From IMG/VR virus record IMGVR_UViG_3300005758_000686, positions 1 through 31,028 of that record: 31,028 nucleotides of DNA; one strand, written 5' to 3'. The stretch is from a virus (Duplodnaviria > Caudoviricetes). Shown piece after piece: positions 17,715 to 26,577 of this stretch. Positions within the stretch are counted from its first letter, which is position 1. Each line of letters begins with the position of its first letter. Position numbers and translations under genes: made by a program. A model generated the notes under the pieces. The model ran no database searches, had not been told where the DNA came from, and saw nothing but the letters and a program-made list of their open reading frames with translations.

Positions 17715-18440
17715 TTAGGTGCCTGGGAAGTATGTGTTGTCTGTTGTAGCGTCAGCAACAGAAGCAGGTGTGCCGAACGCAGCAGTCTGAGCGCCAAGAG
17801 ATCCCATAGCAACCAGAGTCTCGTGATGAATACGACCTGCGCGTCCTCCGGCCGTGACAACAAGGTTGGTTACAGTCGTGTTGCCAGTTGCTGTTCCGCC
17901 CGTCGCGTTCGTAATCGAAATATTTGACGTTGGGATCGTTACCAGATTGAATCCGCTACCAGGATTTGCAATCGTGAACGTCAGACTTCCACCGGTTGAG
18001 TTTGTTGTGAACGTGATGGTGGCGTTTGTTCCGCCGGTCGATGGAGAACTGACCGTGATGATGTCAGTGTTGTTATAACCAGACAGAGTTGCGTTTGCTG
18101 AAATGCTGATGATCGGACCCGTGCCGGCGCGACGAAGATTCCAACCAGCGTGAGCGCCACGCTCTCTTGAGTTGTTGTTGACGTTGTTGGACATTTCCGT
18201 TGCTGACACGCCGAACACACCAACAGCAATACCCGACTTAAACGCGCCAGGAGTTGCGTTGTTGAACATTGCTACGTCTACAGCGGCTCTTGATCCAGAC
18301 GACGTGTTACCAAAGTGTGCGTTGGCCCCACCGCCCAGCTTTACAGCTACGTAAGTTCCGACAGGAGCGCCATTTGAGGTCTCCCTAGTAGTTGTGCTGT
18401 TTGCAGTAACAGCTTGGTCGTTTCTACCCCAAGTTGACAT
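17715..18440 (-). CDS. Probable virion structural protein
   Basis: T/G/N/S-rich, WG start, HAGW and GRAGRIHHETLVAM motifs; late promoter directly upstream. Confidence 0.8.
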   Translation of the reverse strand: MSTWGRNDQAVTANSTTTRETSNGAPVGTYVAVKLGGGANAHFGNTSSGSRAAVDVAMFNNATPGAFKSGIAVGVFGVSATEMSNNVNNNSRERGAHAGWNLRRAGTGPIISISANATLSGYNNTDIITVSSPSTGGTNATITFTTNSTGGSLTFTIANPGSGFNLVTIPTSNISITNATGGTATGNTTVTNLVVTAGGRAGRIHHETLVAMGSLGAQTAAFGTPASVADATTDNTYFPGT

Positions 18441-18469
18441 TCTTCGTTACTCCTAAAAATTGTTTTTTG

Positions 18470-18477
18470 TATTTATA
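18470..18477 (-). promoter_or_regulatory. T4-type late promoter
   Basis: Exact TATAAATA in an intergenic gap, followed by AGGAG SD. Confidence 0.85.
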
Positions 18478-18494
18478 ACAACTCGCCGCTCGAC

Positions 18495-20051
18495 TTACTT
18501 CTTAATCTTCTTTGAATCGGAGATGGTGTAGTCAGCTGACGAGCTCTTTGTTCCGATCCCGTTCTGGTCCTGATTAGCGCCGCGAATAGGAGCTGAGACG
18601 ATCGTTGGCTTCGCTTCATCTAGCTGGGCTGCAATCGCATCAAGGCGAGCTAGCTCTTCGTCTGAGAATTCAACGTCTTCCTTGGCGAGCTTGTCGGCTG
18701 CCTTCTGAATCCCTGCGGTTCTGTTCCAAACCTTCTTGTACATCTTGTCGAACTTCGGACCCGTGCTGCCCATAGCAGACGAAGCGCCAGCCGCGATTGA
18801 ATTGGCGCGAAGGTCGCTTGCGGCCTTCTTGGTATATGAAGCAAGCGTTGACTTCTTCAACTCGTCAAGCTGCTCTTCTTCTTCCTTGACAACGCCGCGA
18901 CCAACCAGAACGTCCTTGTGTGTGATCTTGTCCTTCGGCGAAGCTAGAGCAGCAAGCTTCTTGTCCTTAGGAGTCTTCGGCGTGGTATGCTTCTTCTTCC
19001 CGTCTTCGTCGATCTTGTCGTTGGTTTCTGGGTTCAGCTCGACTTGCGTCTTGCCGCCAGTCATCTTTTTCGCATCACCAGCGTCATCGTCCTTCTTTTC
19101 AAGAATTTGACGAGTGGCAGCAATAAGGCTTGCTGGGAGCCCAAAGTTTGGCATAGACATTGTTGGCTTATCCTCTATGATTTTGGTCATAATCTGACCT
19201 GTTTTGTTTAGCGTTGATTTTTCTGAAGTCGGGTCTGGGTCGTTCATACGAGCAACGCTCTTGACCTTCTCTCGCTTCTCTGTGTTTGTTTCCTCATGAA
19301 CCGTCATACCAAGGTTCTTATGCTTTGGTAGATCGCCAACGTTCTCTCCTCGACTCTTCAGCACGTGATGAACAGCCAGAAGCTTCTCGCTTGTTTCTGG
19401 ATTGTTCTTAGGACTTGAGTGATCAGATGACCAACGCTTATGCATACCGTGAAGGTCGGCTGTGTCTCGCTTGTCGTATGCCTTGACCAATGCCGGATGA
19501 GGCTTGTCGTATACAAACTTCTTGGCTTCCGTCACTGTTTCCTCATCAAGACCCTTATATTCGATCGACTTGACTGCGTGAATACCGTAGTTTCTAGAGA
19601 TGTGCTTTGAAACTTTGTTTCTGGCTTCTCTGCTATCTGCCGCAGGAACCTTCAACACAAGCTTGTGGCCCTTGGGCTTATTGCCGATTGGCTCCGACGT
19701 ATTGTCGTCGACCATCTTGTGCATTCGATCGTCGATAGACTTCATATGAACGTGAAAGACGTGCTTTGCTTCCGTTACAATTTCTTCCTTGGCCATCTTT
19801 GCGGTTTCCTTCTGGCGCTGTTCAGCTTCTTTGTTGCGTTTCTTGACTTCTTGTTCGCGCTTCTTCGCGTTGCCAAGAGCCGTATTCATTGCTCTCACTT
19901 CGTGTTCGTGGTTTCTATGGGCGCCAACGTCAATTCCGTGGTCCCAACCTTTCGCCTTTGATGATGAGCTGTGTCTGAAAGAGTAAGCGCCGGAACCAAC
20001 AGGCTTGCCCTGGCTTACAATCCCTTCGATGATGGCCTTTATGTCTTTCAT
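18495..20051 (-). CDS. Highly charged probable prohead core / internal head protein
   Basis: K/E/H-rich with many (I/L/V)-x-E sites separating modules, including LDELKKSTLASYTKKA. Confidence 0.75.
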   Translation of the reverse strand: MKDIKAIIEGIVSQGKPVGSGAYSFRHSSSSKAKGWDHGIDVGAHRNHEHEVRAMNTALGNAKKREQEVKKRNKEAEQRQKETAKMAKEEIVTEAKHVFHVHMKSIDDRMHKMVDDNTSEPIGNKPKGHKLVLKVPAADSREARNKVSKHISRNYGIHAVKSIEYKGLDEETVTEAKKFVYDKPHPALVKAYDKRDTADLHGMHKRWSSDHSSPKNNPETSEKLLAVHHVLKSRGENVGDLPKHKNLGMTVHEETNTEKREKVKSVARMNDPDPTSEKSTLNKTGQIMTKIIEDKPTMSMPNFGLPASLIAATRQILEKKDDDAGDAKKMTGGKTQVELNPETNDKIDEDGKKKHTTPKTPKDKKLAALASPKDKITHKDVLVGRGVVKEEEEQLDELKKSTLASYTKKAASDLRANSIAAGASSAMGSTGPKFDKMYKKVWNRTAGIQKAADKLAKEDVEFSDEELARLDAIAAQLDEAKPTIVSAPIRGANQDQNGIGTKSSSADYTISDSKKIKK

Positions 20052-20488
20052 TTGCTTGTTGCTCTCAATTGCCAGCCTTGCTTCTCGTGCGCCTGAATAC
20101 GATCCTGCAGGAAGTTTGAGATGGCCAGGCGATTATACTTTTCCGCCATAGCGTAGGTCTTTTCAAGCAAAGAGATCAGATTCTTGTTGTCTGACTCGAG
20201 CTCGAGAACCATCTTACGAGCCTCAGGAATGTTCAGCTGCTCATCAACGATTGAAAGAGTTGAGAACCTAGACATTGATCCTGGCGCATATGCGTTGAGC
20301 GTTCTGATCTGCTCGGCAATATCATCAACCGCGCCGAAGGCATCTCCGTAAACTTTCGCGAACAGCTCGTGGTATTGAGGGAAGTTCGGCCCTTCAACAT
20401 TCCAATGGAAGTTTTGTGCCTTCAAAGCGAACGCAAACGTGCTAGCGAGGCAAACCTTCATCTGTTGAATTAGATCATCCATTATCAT
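20048..20488 (-). CDS. dps: Dps-family ferritin-like protein
   Basis: NFHWNVEGPNFPQYHELF, DDIAEQIR, HEKQGWQL. Confidence 0.92.
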   Translation of the reverse strand: MIMDDLIQQMKVCLASTFAFALKAQNFHWNVEGPNFPQYHELFAKVYGDAFGAVDDIAEQIRTLNAYAPGSMSRFSTLSIVDEQLNIPEARKMVLELESDNKNLISLLEKTYAMAEKYNRLAISNFLQDRIQAHEKQGWQLRATSK

Positions 20489-20621
20489 TCGTTCCTTTAT
20501 TTTCGTCTTTTGGTTCTATTTTCACGTAGTTGATGTAGTCTACGTCGTTAGATTCTTTTTTGTTTACGATGCGCCAAATAACAAACAAAATGACCGCAGC
20601 GAAAGCGAACGCTAAGATCAT
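20475..20621 (-). CDS. 48 aa single-pass membrane protein absent from the ORF track
   Basis: Manual translation MILAFAFAAVILFVIWRIVNKKESNDVDYINYVKIEPKDENKGTNDNG; ATG in a TGATG overlap; fills the gap exactly. Confidence 0.7.
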   Translation of the reverse strand: MILAFAFAAVILFVIWRIVNKKESNDVDYINYVKIEPKDENKGTNDNG

Positions 20622-20791
20622 CAGCCGCCATTCCCGCCACCACCAGAACTTCCGCTCTTTCCCGGCGGATGCTTCTCTATCTTACCGGATGCCATTCTAA
20701 TTGCGACCATAGGAGTTGAAACGTCTTTGTGCTTGCCTGTAGTGCCTTGCGGAACGCTCAGTTCAGTCACAAACTGTTTGAAACTTACCAC
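20621..20791 (-). CDS. Small probable internal head protein
   Basis: GTG at 20791 gives MVSFKQFVTE, similar to the T4 internal-protein capsid-targeting sequence; Gly/Ser tail. Confidence 0.7.
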   Translation of the reverse strand: MVSFKQFVTELSVPQGTTGKHKDVSTPMVAIRMASGKIEKHPPGKSGSSGGGGNGG

Positions 20792-21369
20792 GCGCGACAC
20801 GACCAATACCTCGCCTTCGTTCTAGGCCCAGGATTGTCGCAGTTGTGTCTTGCTCTGAAACTCTTTCTACGGCCGGGAATGTTCTTCTTGATCGTCATAT
20901 TCTTGTCGCCGAAATTGACCTTGACGACGTTGCCCTTCTCGTTCTTGACATATACCTTTGATTTCTTGACGTCGCCCTTCATTGGCTTGCCGAGGGGAAC
21001 ATTGCGTCCTTGATATTCAGCCTCGTCGATCTTTTTTGAACCGCCGCAACCGCAATCACCACCACAAGGACAATCACTCAAAGCTTCACGAACAACTTCC
21101 TTGACAGCCTTGAAGGCTCTGCTGCCTTGTCCGGGAGTACCTTTCTTGTAGATCGCAACCAGTTCCTTAGATCCGTCGAACCTAGAAGACGGCTTGTTCT
21201 TGTCGGTTGAATGCGCTTCCGCATCCTCTTTCATCGCCGCCATATTGTCAACTAGGTTCGGATAAGGTCGCCCGGCAGCTCGCGCGCGAGCTTTGGCTGA
21301 TTTGATTTGCGCAGCCGTCATAGACTTGCCCTTTGACGGTGCGTCTTTTTCCCAAGGTTTGTCAGACAT
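20785..21369 (-). CDS. Basic modular late protein (probable internal head protein)
   Basis: Modules split by MKE/VKE/VRE/IDE; C-terminal VKVNFGD..RRKSFRARHNC..ARYWSC..W domain; late promoter upstream. Confidence 0.8.
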   Translation of the reverse strand: MSDKPWEKDAPSKGKSMTAAQIKSAKARARAAGRPYPNLVDNMAAMKEDAEAHSTDKNKPSSRFDGSKELVAIYKKGTPGQGSRAFKAVKEVVREALSDCPCGGDCGCGGSKKIDEAEYQGRNVPLGKPMKGDVKKSKVYVKNEKGNVVKVNFGDKNMTIKKNIPGRRKSFRARHNCDNPGPRTKARYWSCRAW

Positions 21370-21391
21370 AGAAGATCTCCAGTTTAGCCAA

Positions 21392-21399
21392 TATTTATA
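21392..21399 (-). promoter_or_regulatory. T4-type late promoter
   Basis: Exact intergenic TATAAATA, followed by GGAG SD. Confidence 0.85.
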
Positions 21400-21417
21400 A
21401 TAACAGCAAAGTTTAAA

Positions 21418-22191
21418 TCAGTTTGGTATCAGGTAACCTTCGATCTGAGCGCCAATCTGAGAAGTGCCAGTCGAGTTGAATTGCCACTGAATGTCCGTTC
21501 TCTGAGGATAGGGCCTTGGGACAACTTTGGTCGAGTTGTATTCGGAAACGAGAGGAAATTGAAGGATTGTCGTAATGATTCCCGTCGAAGACGTAGTGTA
21601 TGAACGGTAGTTTGAATACTGGCTTCCATTTTGGTTCGTGTATGCATTCACCTGAGACAGATAGAATGTGTAACCGTTAGGGACGGTGTATATCGTCATA
21701 GAAGATCTGCTCGTTCCTACGGGAATGACAGCCAGAGTTATGGCTTTGTCGGAGCTTCCGGCGCTGATTGCACCGACGTTCATCGGCGTTCTTGTCAACG
21801 AAATGTTGTTGATTCTAAAGAACAGTCCGGTCGTAAGAACGCCCGTCGCCCCGTTAGTCAGAACGACGGTCTCGACCAACGGATTATAGCTGGCGTCAAG
21901 ACCGCTGATCAACACAGAAACGTTCGTGTCAGAAGCAGACGAGCTCCAAACTCTAACTTGCTGCGCCGAAGAGAAATAAGTGTACGTTGTGGCGTTCTCC
22001 CAAAGAGGAATGTATGTGCTCGATACCGCCGCTTGAAACCCTGAGATACTCAAACCTTGAACGCCAGGAAGAAGGCCTCTCGCAATCTGCAAACCAACAT
22101 CGCTGTTCAAATTCGCGTAGTTGGTCACTCCATCGAACAGAGTCTTGTTCTGAGGTTGGTATATGCCATTAGCTGAATTGAATGTTGCCAT
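21418..22191 (-). CDS. Beta-rich probable structural protein
   Basis: S/T/G-rich; YTVPNGYTFYL and RTDIQWQ; start set at ATG 22191 just after the upstream stop. Confidence 0.75.
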   Translation of the reverse strand: MATFNSANGIYQPQNKTLFDGVTNYANLNSDVGLQIARGLLPGVQGLSISGFQAAVSSTYIPLWENATTYTYFSSAQQVRVWSSSASDTNVSVLISGLDASYNPLVETVVLTNGATGVLTTGLFFRINNISLTRTPMNVGAISAGSSDKAITLAVIPVGTSRSSMTIYTVPNGYTFYLSQVNAYTNQNGSQYSNYRSYTTSSTGIITTILQFPLVSEYNSTKVVPRPYPQRTDIQWQFNSTGTSQIGAQIEGYLIPN

Positions 22192-22192
22192 T

Positions 22193-22879
22193 TTATTTCT
22201 CCAGGGATTCTCTGACAGCGCCGAGCACGATTGATGCAACGCTTTCTTTTAGGGGTCTTTTGTTTCTGTCTTTGTGGGCGACTAGCGACATACTCTGTTG
22301 CTTTTTCAGATCAGCATACTCCGCTTTTCTCTGCTTGGCAGTTCCGCCTTTTGTCTTGCGCGCCCTTTCAAGCTCGCTGTCACTAACGTGCGAGTGTTCG
22401 GGGTGTTTCAAAATATCAACCTGTTGACCTTTACCAGACTTCGTGTGGTATCCGTGAACGTTGACGCCGCCCATCTTGCGCATTTTTTTCCAGACAGCAA
22501 GAGCTCCTGGAGATTGTTCTTTTGACGTAAGGATGTGGTTGTGTTTGGTTACCAGATGGTGATACAGCTTATGCACGCCCGCGCCCGAACGCGCGACAGC
22601 CATATCGATATCGTGAGCTTTACCTCTTTTGATAGCCGATACAGCAGCGTCGACCTTACCGTCTTTGTTTGTAGTCAAGAAGTGATGATGACCATCGTTG
22701 TCAATGCCGTGGTATACTTGCTTGCCTTCGTCGGTTGTTGAGTGATGCTTGAGTTTTTTGTTGGCGTTCTGATTGAACGTCTTCTGAACCTGCTCGATTG
22801 GCTTGTTCAAATACTTCTTGTTTGCGAAGCCAATCGCGCTTTTCGATATGTCCGGTCTGAGTCTGACTTCACTTAGCAT
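22193..22879 (-). CDS. His/Lys-rich protein with a GNAT-like core
   Basis: RSGAGVHKLYHHL....ILTSKEQSPGALAVWKKM resembles the acetyl-CoA-binding region of GNAT folds; LSE and LKE/VRE sites at the ends. Confidence 0.65.
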   Translation of the reverse strand: MLSEVRLRPDISKSAIGFANKKYLNKPIEQVQKTFNQNANKKLKHHSTTDEGKQVYHGIDNDGHHHFLTTNKDGKVDAAVSAIKRGKAHDIDMAVARSGAGVHKLYHHLVTKHNHILTSKEQSPGALAVWKKMRKMGGVNVHGYHTKSGKGQQVDILKHPEHSHVSDSELERARKTKGGTAKQRKAEYADLKKQQSMSLVAHKDRNKRPLKESVASIVLGAVRESLEK

Positions 22880-24980
22880 AATGTTTTCCGAATTTTGTAT
22901 TACGCAGAAGATACGTCTTGTGAAGCACCTTGTTCAAGATGTCATTGTGCGTGTCAGCCGTCGCAACGTTGGTTCTTTGGTACTGCGCGATTACATCGTC
23001 GTCGATCTCTGGGTTCCCCGAAACGTAACCCAAACCACGAACATCAGCCGTGGTTGTCTCTTCTTTGATTGCTTTCTTCTTCTTTGGCGCTGTTGCCTTC
23101 ATTGCCAGACGTCTCTCTTGCTCAGCTCTAGCCTTTACGCCGATCGGATCTTGACGTTTCGCGTAGCGCGCGAGCGAGATGCCGGGAGTTTCAGGACCAA
23201 TGTGAATGTCCATCCCCTTCCGGACTTCATCGAACAGTTCTTTGGCGTGATCTGGATGAACGTGCGCCGGAATTCCCTTTTTGAACTCGGAGAACCTGTT
23301 TGATATGGCATGATGCCTCATTTTGGACGCAGACATACCTGTAACGTCTTCCGCGTCCGGATCGCGGTCGCCAGCAGACACAACGTCAATCTTCTTGAAC
23401 GAGTAATCCTTACCGTTTCTTGATTCAAGAGCGGCCTTTGTAGCCTCGACTCTGTCCGAACCAGCTACGTAGATTAGATGATCGTGGCCAGCTTTCCAAA
23501 GTTTCTTTGCGTGATCGATGACGCTTGGCGCTTCTGCGCTCGCTGCGCTTATGTTGGCTTTCGGGAAGAATCTCTTTGCGTGCTTCAGCTTTTGTTCGGC
23601 TGTCAGAGGATTCTTTTCCGGATCGTTGGATGCAGACAGAACAACTGAGTGAGGAACCTTGTTTTCCTTCGCAAGCTCCATAACCTTGTCAACAAGCGAA
23701 GCGTGTCCTGTCGTTGGTGGATTCATTCTACCGAAAGCGAACACGACCGGCTTCTTCGGAGCATCTTCTGTATCACGTTCCGGTTCAGGCTCTCCTGCCT
23801 TTCTGTATTGTCCGGCAAGGAAGTTGCTCTTGCTGAACTCGGCTCTATCTACAAGTTTTGATGGTCTGCCGTTTCTGATCGCCACAAAGCCTTCCGGCTT
23901 GGTTTCTTTACCACCGATTGTTGTCTTGAACCCGGTGTTGGCTGTTCTTGCCAGAGAGTTGGTTAGGACGTCTTTGGCCTTCTGTAGATGATGGTGAACG
24001 CCAAATATGGACTCAAAGTTCTTTTGATGCTGATCAATGTGCGCCAGCTTGTCTTCAAGCTCCTTTTGCTTCTTCTGTTTTGAAGCCTCAGTCTTGACCT
24101 TTTCAATCTCTTTCTTTCCGCGCTCTTCGACATAATTACGGTATTCTTTCGCGTTCGGAACCGAGTCGTTGGTAACGCATTTGTTGATATACATCTTCAA
24201 AGTCGCGTCGTGACCCTCAACAGCGTCAAAACCGTTCTGATCCATCGACTTGTATTTGTCCGTTGCGGACTTCATATGGTTTTCGTATTCTGATCTCTCG
24301 TTCGGTGACATCTCGCCACCATCAACTTCCGGGTTGATCATATGAACGTCAGGGTCTTGTTTGAACTTGTTCTGATCAACGTCAAACCCAGCCGTCATAT
24401 CCTGAAGCGTTGTGTTCTTCTTGCCTTGGTACTGAGTGTGAACAACAACGCCAAGCTTGGCGCTCTTGATCTTTCTTCCGTGAGCCGAATCCTTATCAGC
24501 TGAATACGTGATCGTGTTTGGCGTGAAGCTATACTTGTCGTCGTCTCTCTGAATGTCGTTCTTGCCGTACATAATGTCGCCCTGGTACACGCCGCCATCC
24601 TTGGGCATAACCTTCGGCAGTTCCTTCAGGGCAAGCTTAAGCTTCTCGACTAGACCAGGCGCGTGACCGTGATTGGCTTCGATGTCTGCGTCGGTGTAGT
24701 TGATCTTTGGGTTCTTGTTGAACGCGGACTTGGTCGCAACAAAGAACTGGCCGTTCTCCGGGTTGACGCCAAACACGACGGATGGAGCTCCGTCATATTT
24801 GGTTGTTATCTTCGTCTTTGATTTCTTGCCATTCAAAAAGGAATGCACATCCCCCAGCGTGTCTGCAGCGTGTCTCACACCCTCATCGCCGCCGTGAATG
24901 ATGTGATCCTCCACGTGCTCAAGATGTTTCAGCTTCTCAACGTCTAGGGATTCTACAACGAACTTTTTGAAGGTTAACAT
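22869..24980 (-). CDS. Fusion of a ligase-like covalent nucleotidyltransferase domain and a HIGH-family (cytidyltransferase-like) domain
   Basis: N-half: TTKYDG, YQGD, PEGFV, KLV; C-half: FGRMNPPTTGH, KNPL, VAGSDR, SAGDRDPD, MSASKMR. Confidence 0.85.
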   Translation of the reverse strand: MLTFKKFVVESLDVEKLKHLEHVEDHIIHGGDEGVRHAADTLGDVHSFLNGKKSKTKITTKYDGAPSVVFGVNPENGQFFVATKSAFNKNPKINYTDADIEANHGHAPGLVEKLKLALKELPKVMPKDGGVYQGDIMYGKNDIQRDDDKYSFTPNTITYSADKDSAHGRKIKSAKLGVVVHTQYQGKKNTTLQDMTAGFDVDQNKFKQDPDVHMINPEVDGGEMSPNERSEYENHMKSATDKYKSMDQNGFDAVEGHDATLKMYINKCVTNDSVPNAKEYRNYVEERGKKEIEKVKTEASKQKKQKELEDKLAHIDQHQKNFESIFGVHHHLQKAKDVLTNSLARTANTGFKTTIGGKETKPEGFVAIRNGRPSKLVDRAEFSKSNFLAGQYRKAGEPEPERDTEDAPKKPVVFAFGRMNPPTTGHASLVDKVMELAKENKVPHSVVLSASNDPEKNPLTAEQKLKHAKRFFPKANISAASAEAPSVIDHAKKLWKAGHDHLIYVAGSDRVEATKAALESRNGKDYSFKKIDVVSAGDRDPDAEDVTGMSASKMRHHAISNRFSEFKKGIPAHVHPDHAKELFDEVRKGMDIHIGPETPGISLARYAKRQDPIGVKARAEQERRLAMKATAPKKKKAIKEETTTADVRGLGYVSGNPEIDDDVIAQYQRTNVATADTHNDILNKVLHKTYLLRNTKFGKHYAK

Positions 24981-24992
24981 CAAATTTCCTCT

Positions 24993-26351
24993 TTACTTTT
25001 TTTGAGGGGATTTGATCATTTCAAATCCGATCCTATTATTTGTTGGTCTGGGAATGCTTGAAGGCGAACCGAATTTAAACGTGGCGGACGAAAATTCTTT
25101 GACCGTGTATGTAGCTTCTGTCTTGGTCGAATCAAGATAAATCTGCGTCGTGTTTAAAAGGTTCGCCGCCTTGGTCAACATCTCCTTGGCGTTGTTTTCG
25201 TCTTTGTTCAACCAAGAAACTAATTCCGACGTGATTGGAAAATGTAGGATTCCCCACTTCTTAGTCTCCGGAGAAGGAGGATTGTTCAGCAGTCTTGCAG
25301 TCGTTTCGGCGTTCTCTTTAGTGTTCGTCGCGTCCATTAGAGGCTTGAAGTATTTCATACAATCGGGGTAGAACCCGGCATTATCAACTGCCGCCATAAG
25401 CTGTTCTTGTGTTGGTATCCCAGAAACGTAACCAGTGTTTAGAGATTTGGTTTTTAGAATTTTGACCAAAGCGTTCCAACCCGGAGTGTTCAAAAATTGA
25501 GCTGCTCTCAGCGGACCTTCGTACAAGGAAGAAATTTTAGTGTTTGACTCGTTTTTCTCCATAGCCAAAATCTTGAACACTTCAACTGCTTGTTTGTATT
25601 TCGGACCCAACTTTTTCTTTTTGATCAGGTCTTCTAGAACAGGCAGGATCGAAGTGATCGAAGGCTTGCCTCCCGCTCCGGATTTAGCCGAGATTGGTTG
25701 CAACTCTCCGTTTTTATTTAACAAATAGTAGTCAACCAACTTTTCGCTTTCGCTCTCCGGAAACTTAGCTTTGGCGTATTTTCCGCTGTTCTTTCTTAGC
25801 ATATACAGACAACCGGTGATTTCGCCAAAGTCGCTCGTTATGATACCAAGATCTTGCGGCGAGATGTTATCCACCTTTGGATCGAATCTTGAAAGACCTT
25901 TGTTTGAATTTTCTAGAATGGTGATGCAGACTTCTTTCACGCTTTCTGGAAGATTCATCTCGTTCAGTTGTTTTTTGACCGAGTTGAAAATGCTGGTGGC
26001 AGTTTGTTCTGCCTGGTGTAGCTTGAACTTGTTCGGCGTTAGTTGTTTCTTTGAAAGGAATCCAGCCTCGTCTTTACCACCTCTTGACGCGTGATTGAAC
26101 AGGCTGTTAATGCTATTGGGATTACCTTTGAAGTTGATGATTTTGTTTTCGGGATCAGCGAGCAACAAACTCCCAGAACCAGCTCCAACCGACAAAGTTT
26201 TGTGTATTTTGCCTGCTCGGGGAAGACTTCTTAGAACAGTGAATTTGGTCTTGCCCGGCGTATAACCCGGTACAACCGAACTTTTCGCGCTGGATTTCAA
26301 CACCACGACGTGGCCTTCTGGGTATTTCGATGGTGGTGTTATAGAAGCCAT
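24993..26351 (-). CDS. Hypothetical late protein, possible PD-(D/E)xK-like nuclease fold
   Basis: 452 aa; DFGE...FP......VDY...ISAK pattern; late promoter upstream. Confidence 0.7.
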   Translation of the reverse strand: MASITPPSKYPEGHVVVLKSSAKSSVVPGYTPGKTKFTVLRSLPRAGKIHKTLSVGAGSGSLLLADPENKIINFKGNPNSINSLFNHASRGGKDEAGFLSKKQLTPNKFKLHQAEQTATSIFNSVKKQLNEMNLPESVKEVCITILENSNKGLSRFDPKVDNISPQDLGIITSDFGEITGCLYMLRKNSGKYAKAKFPESESEKLVDYYLLNKNGELQPISAKSGAGGKPSITSILPVLEDLIKKKKLGPKYKQAVEVFKILAMEKNESNTKISSLYEGPLRAAQFLNTPGWNALVKILKTKSLNTGYVSGIPTQEQLMAAVDNAGFYPDCMKYFKPLMDATNTKENAETTARLLNNPPSPETKKWGILHFPITSELVSWLNKDENNAKEMLTKAANLLNTTQIYLDSTKTEATYTVKEFSSATFKFGSPSSIPRPTNNRIGFEMIKSPQKK

Positions 26352-26386
26352 AATTTAACCTTCGATGCGAGACGCGAGTTTTATTG

Positions 26387-26394
26387 TATTTATA
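26387..26394 (-). promoter_or_regulatory. T4-type late promoter heading the late module
   Basis: Exact TATAAATA directly after the terminator. Confidence 0.85.
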
Positions 26395-26397
26395 ACG

Positions 26398-26428
26398 AAA
26401 AGGGGTTGAGCCTTTCGACCCAACCCCT
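26398..26428 (-). terminator. Intrinsic terminator
   Basis: AGGGGTTGGGTC-GAAA-GGCTCAACCCCT stem-loop (two G-U pairs) running into TTTT. Confidence 0.8.
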
Positions 26429-26535
26429 ATTCCAGCAGCAGTGTCAGGAGGAACCCCACCTTTGACCCCGACTATTCCTTTCCGTGATACGCTTGCCACA
26501 TTGTGTCTAGATTCACATAAAGCTGCTTCTTACTA
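26398..26535 (-). ncRNA. Candidate structured small RNA
   Basis: Non-coding gap bracketed by ACTAAATA (26537-26544) and the terminator; closing stem AGCAGC/GCTGCT with internal stems. Confidence 0.5.
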
Positions 26536-26577
26536 CTATTTAGTTGAAACAAGCATCTTTTTCTAGATGACTTCAAA

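Noticed and set aside
26155-26499. 114 aa minus-strand ORF
   Set aside because: Crosses a terminator and a late promoter and overlaps the 452 aa gene out of frame
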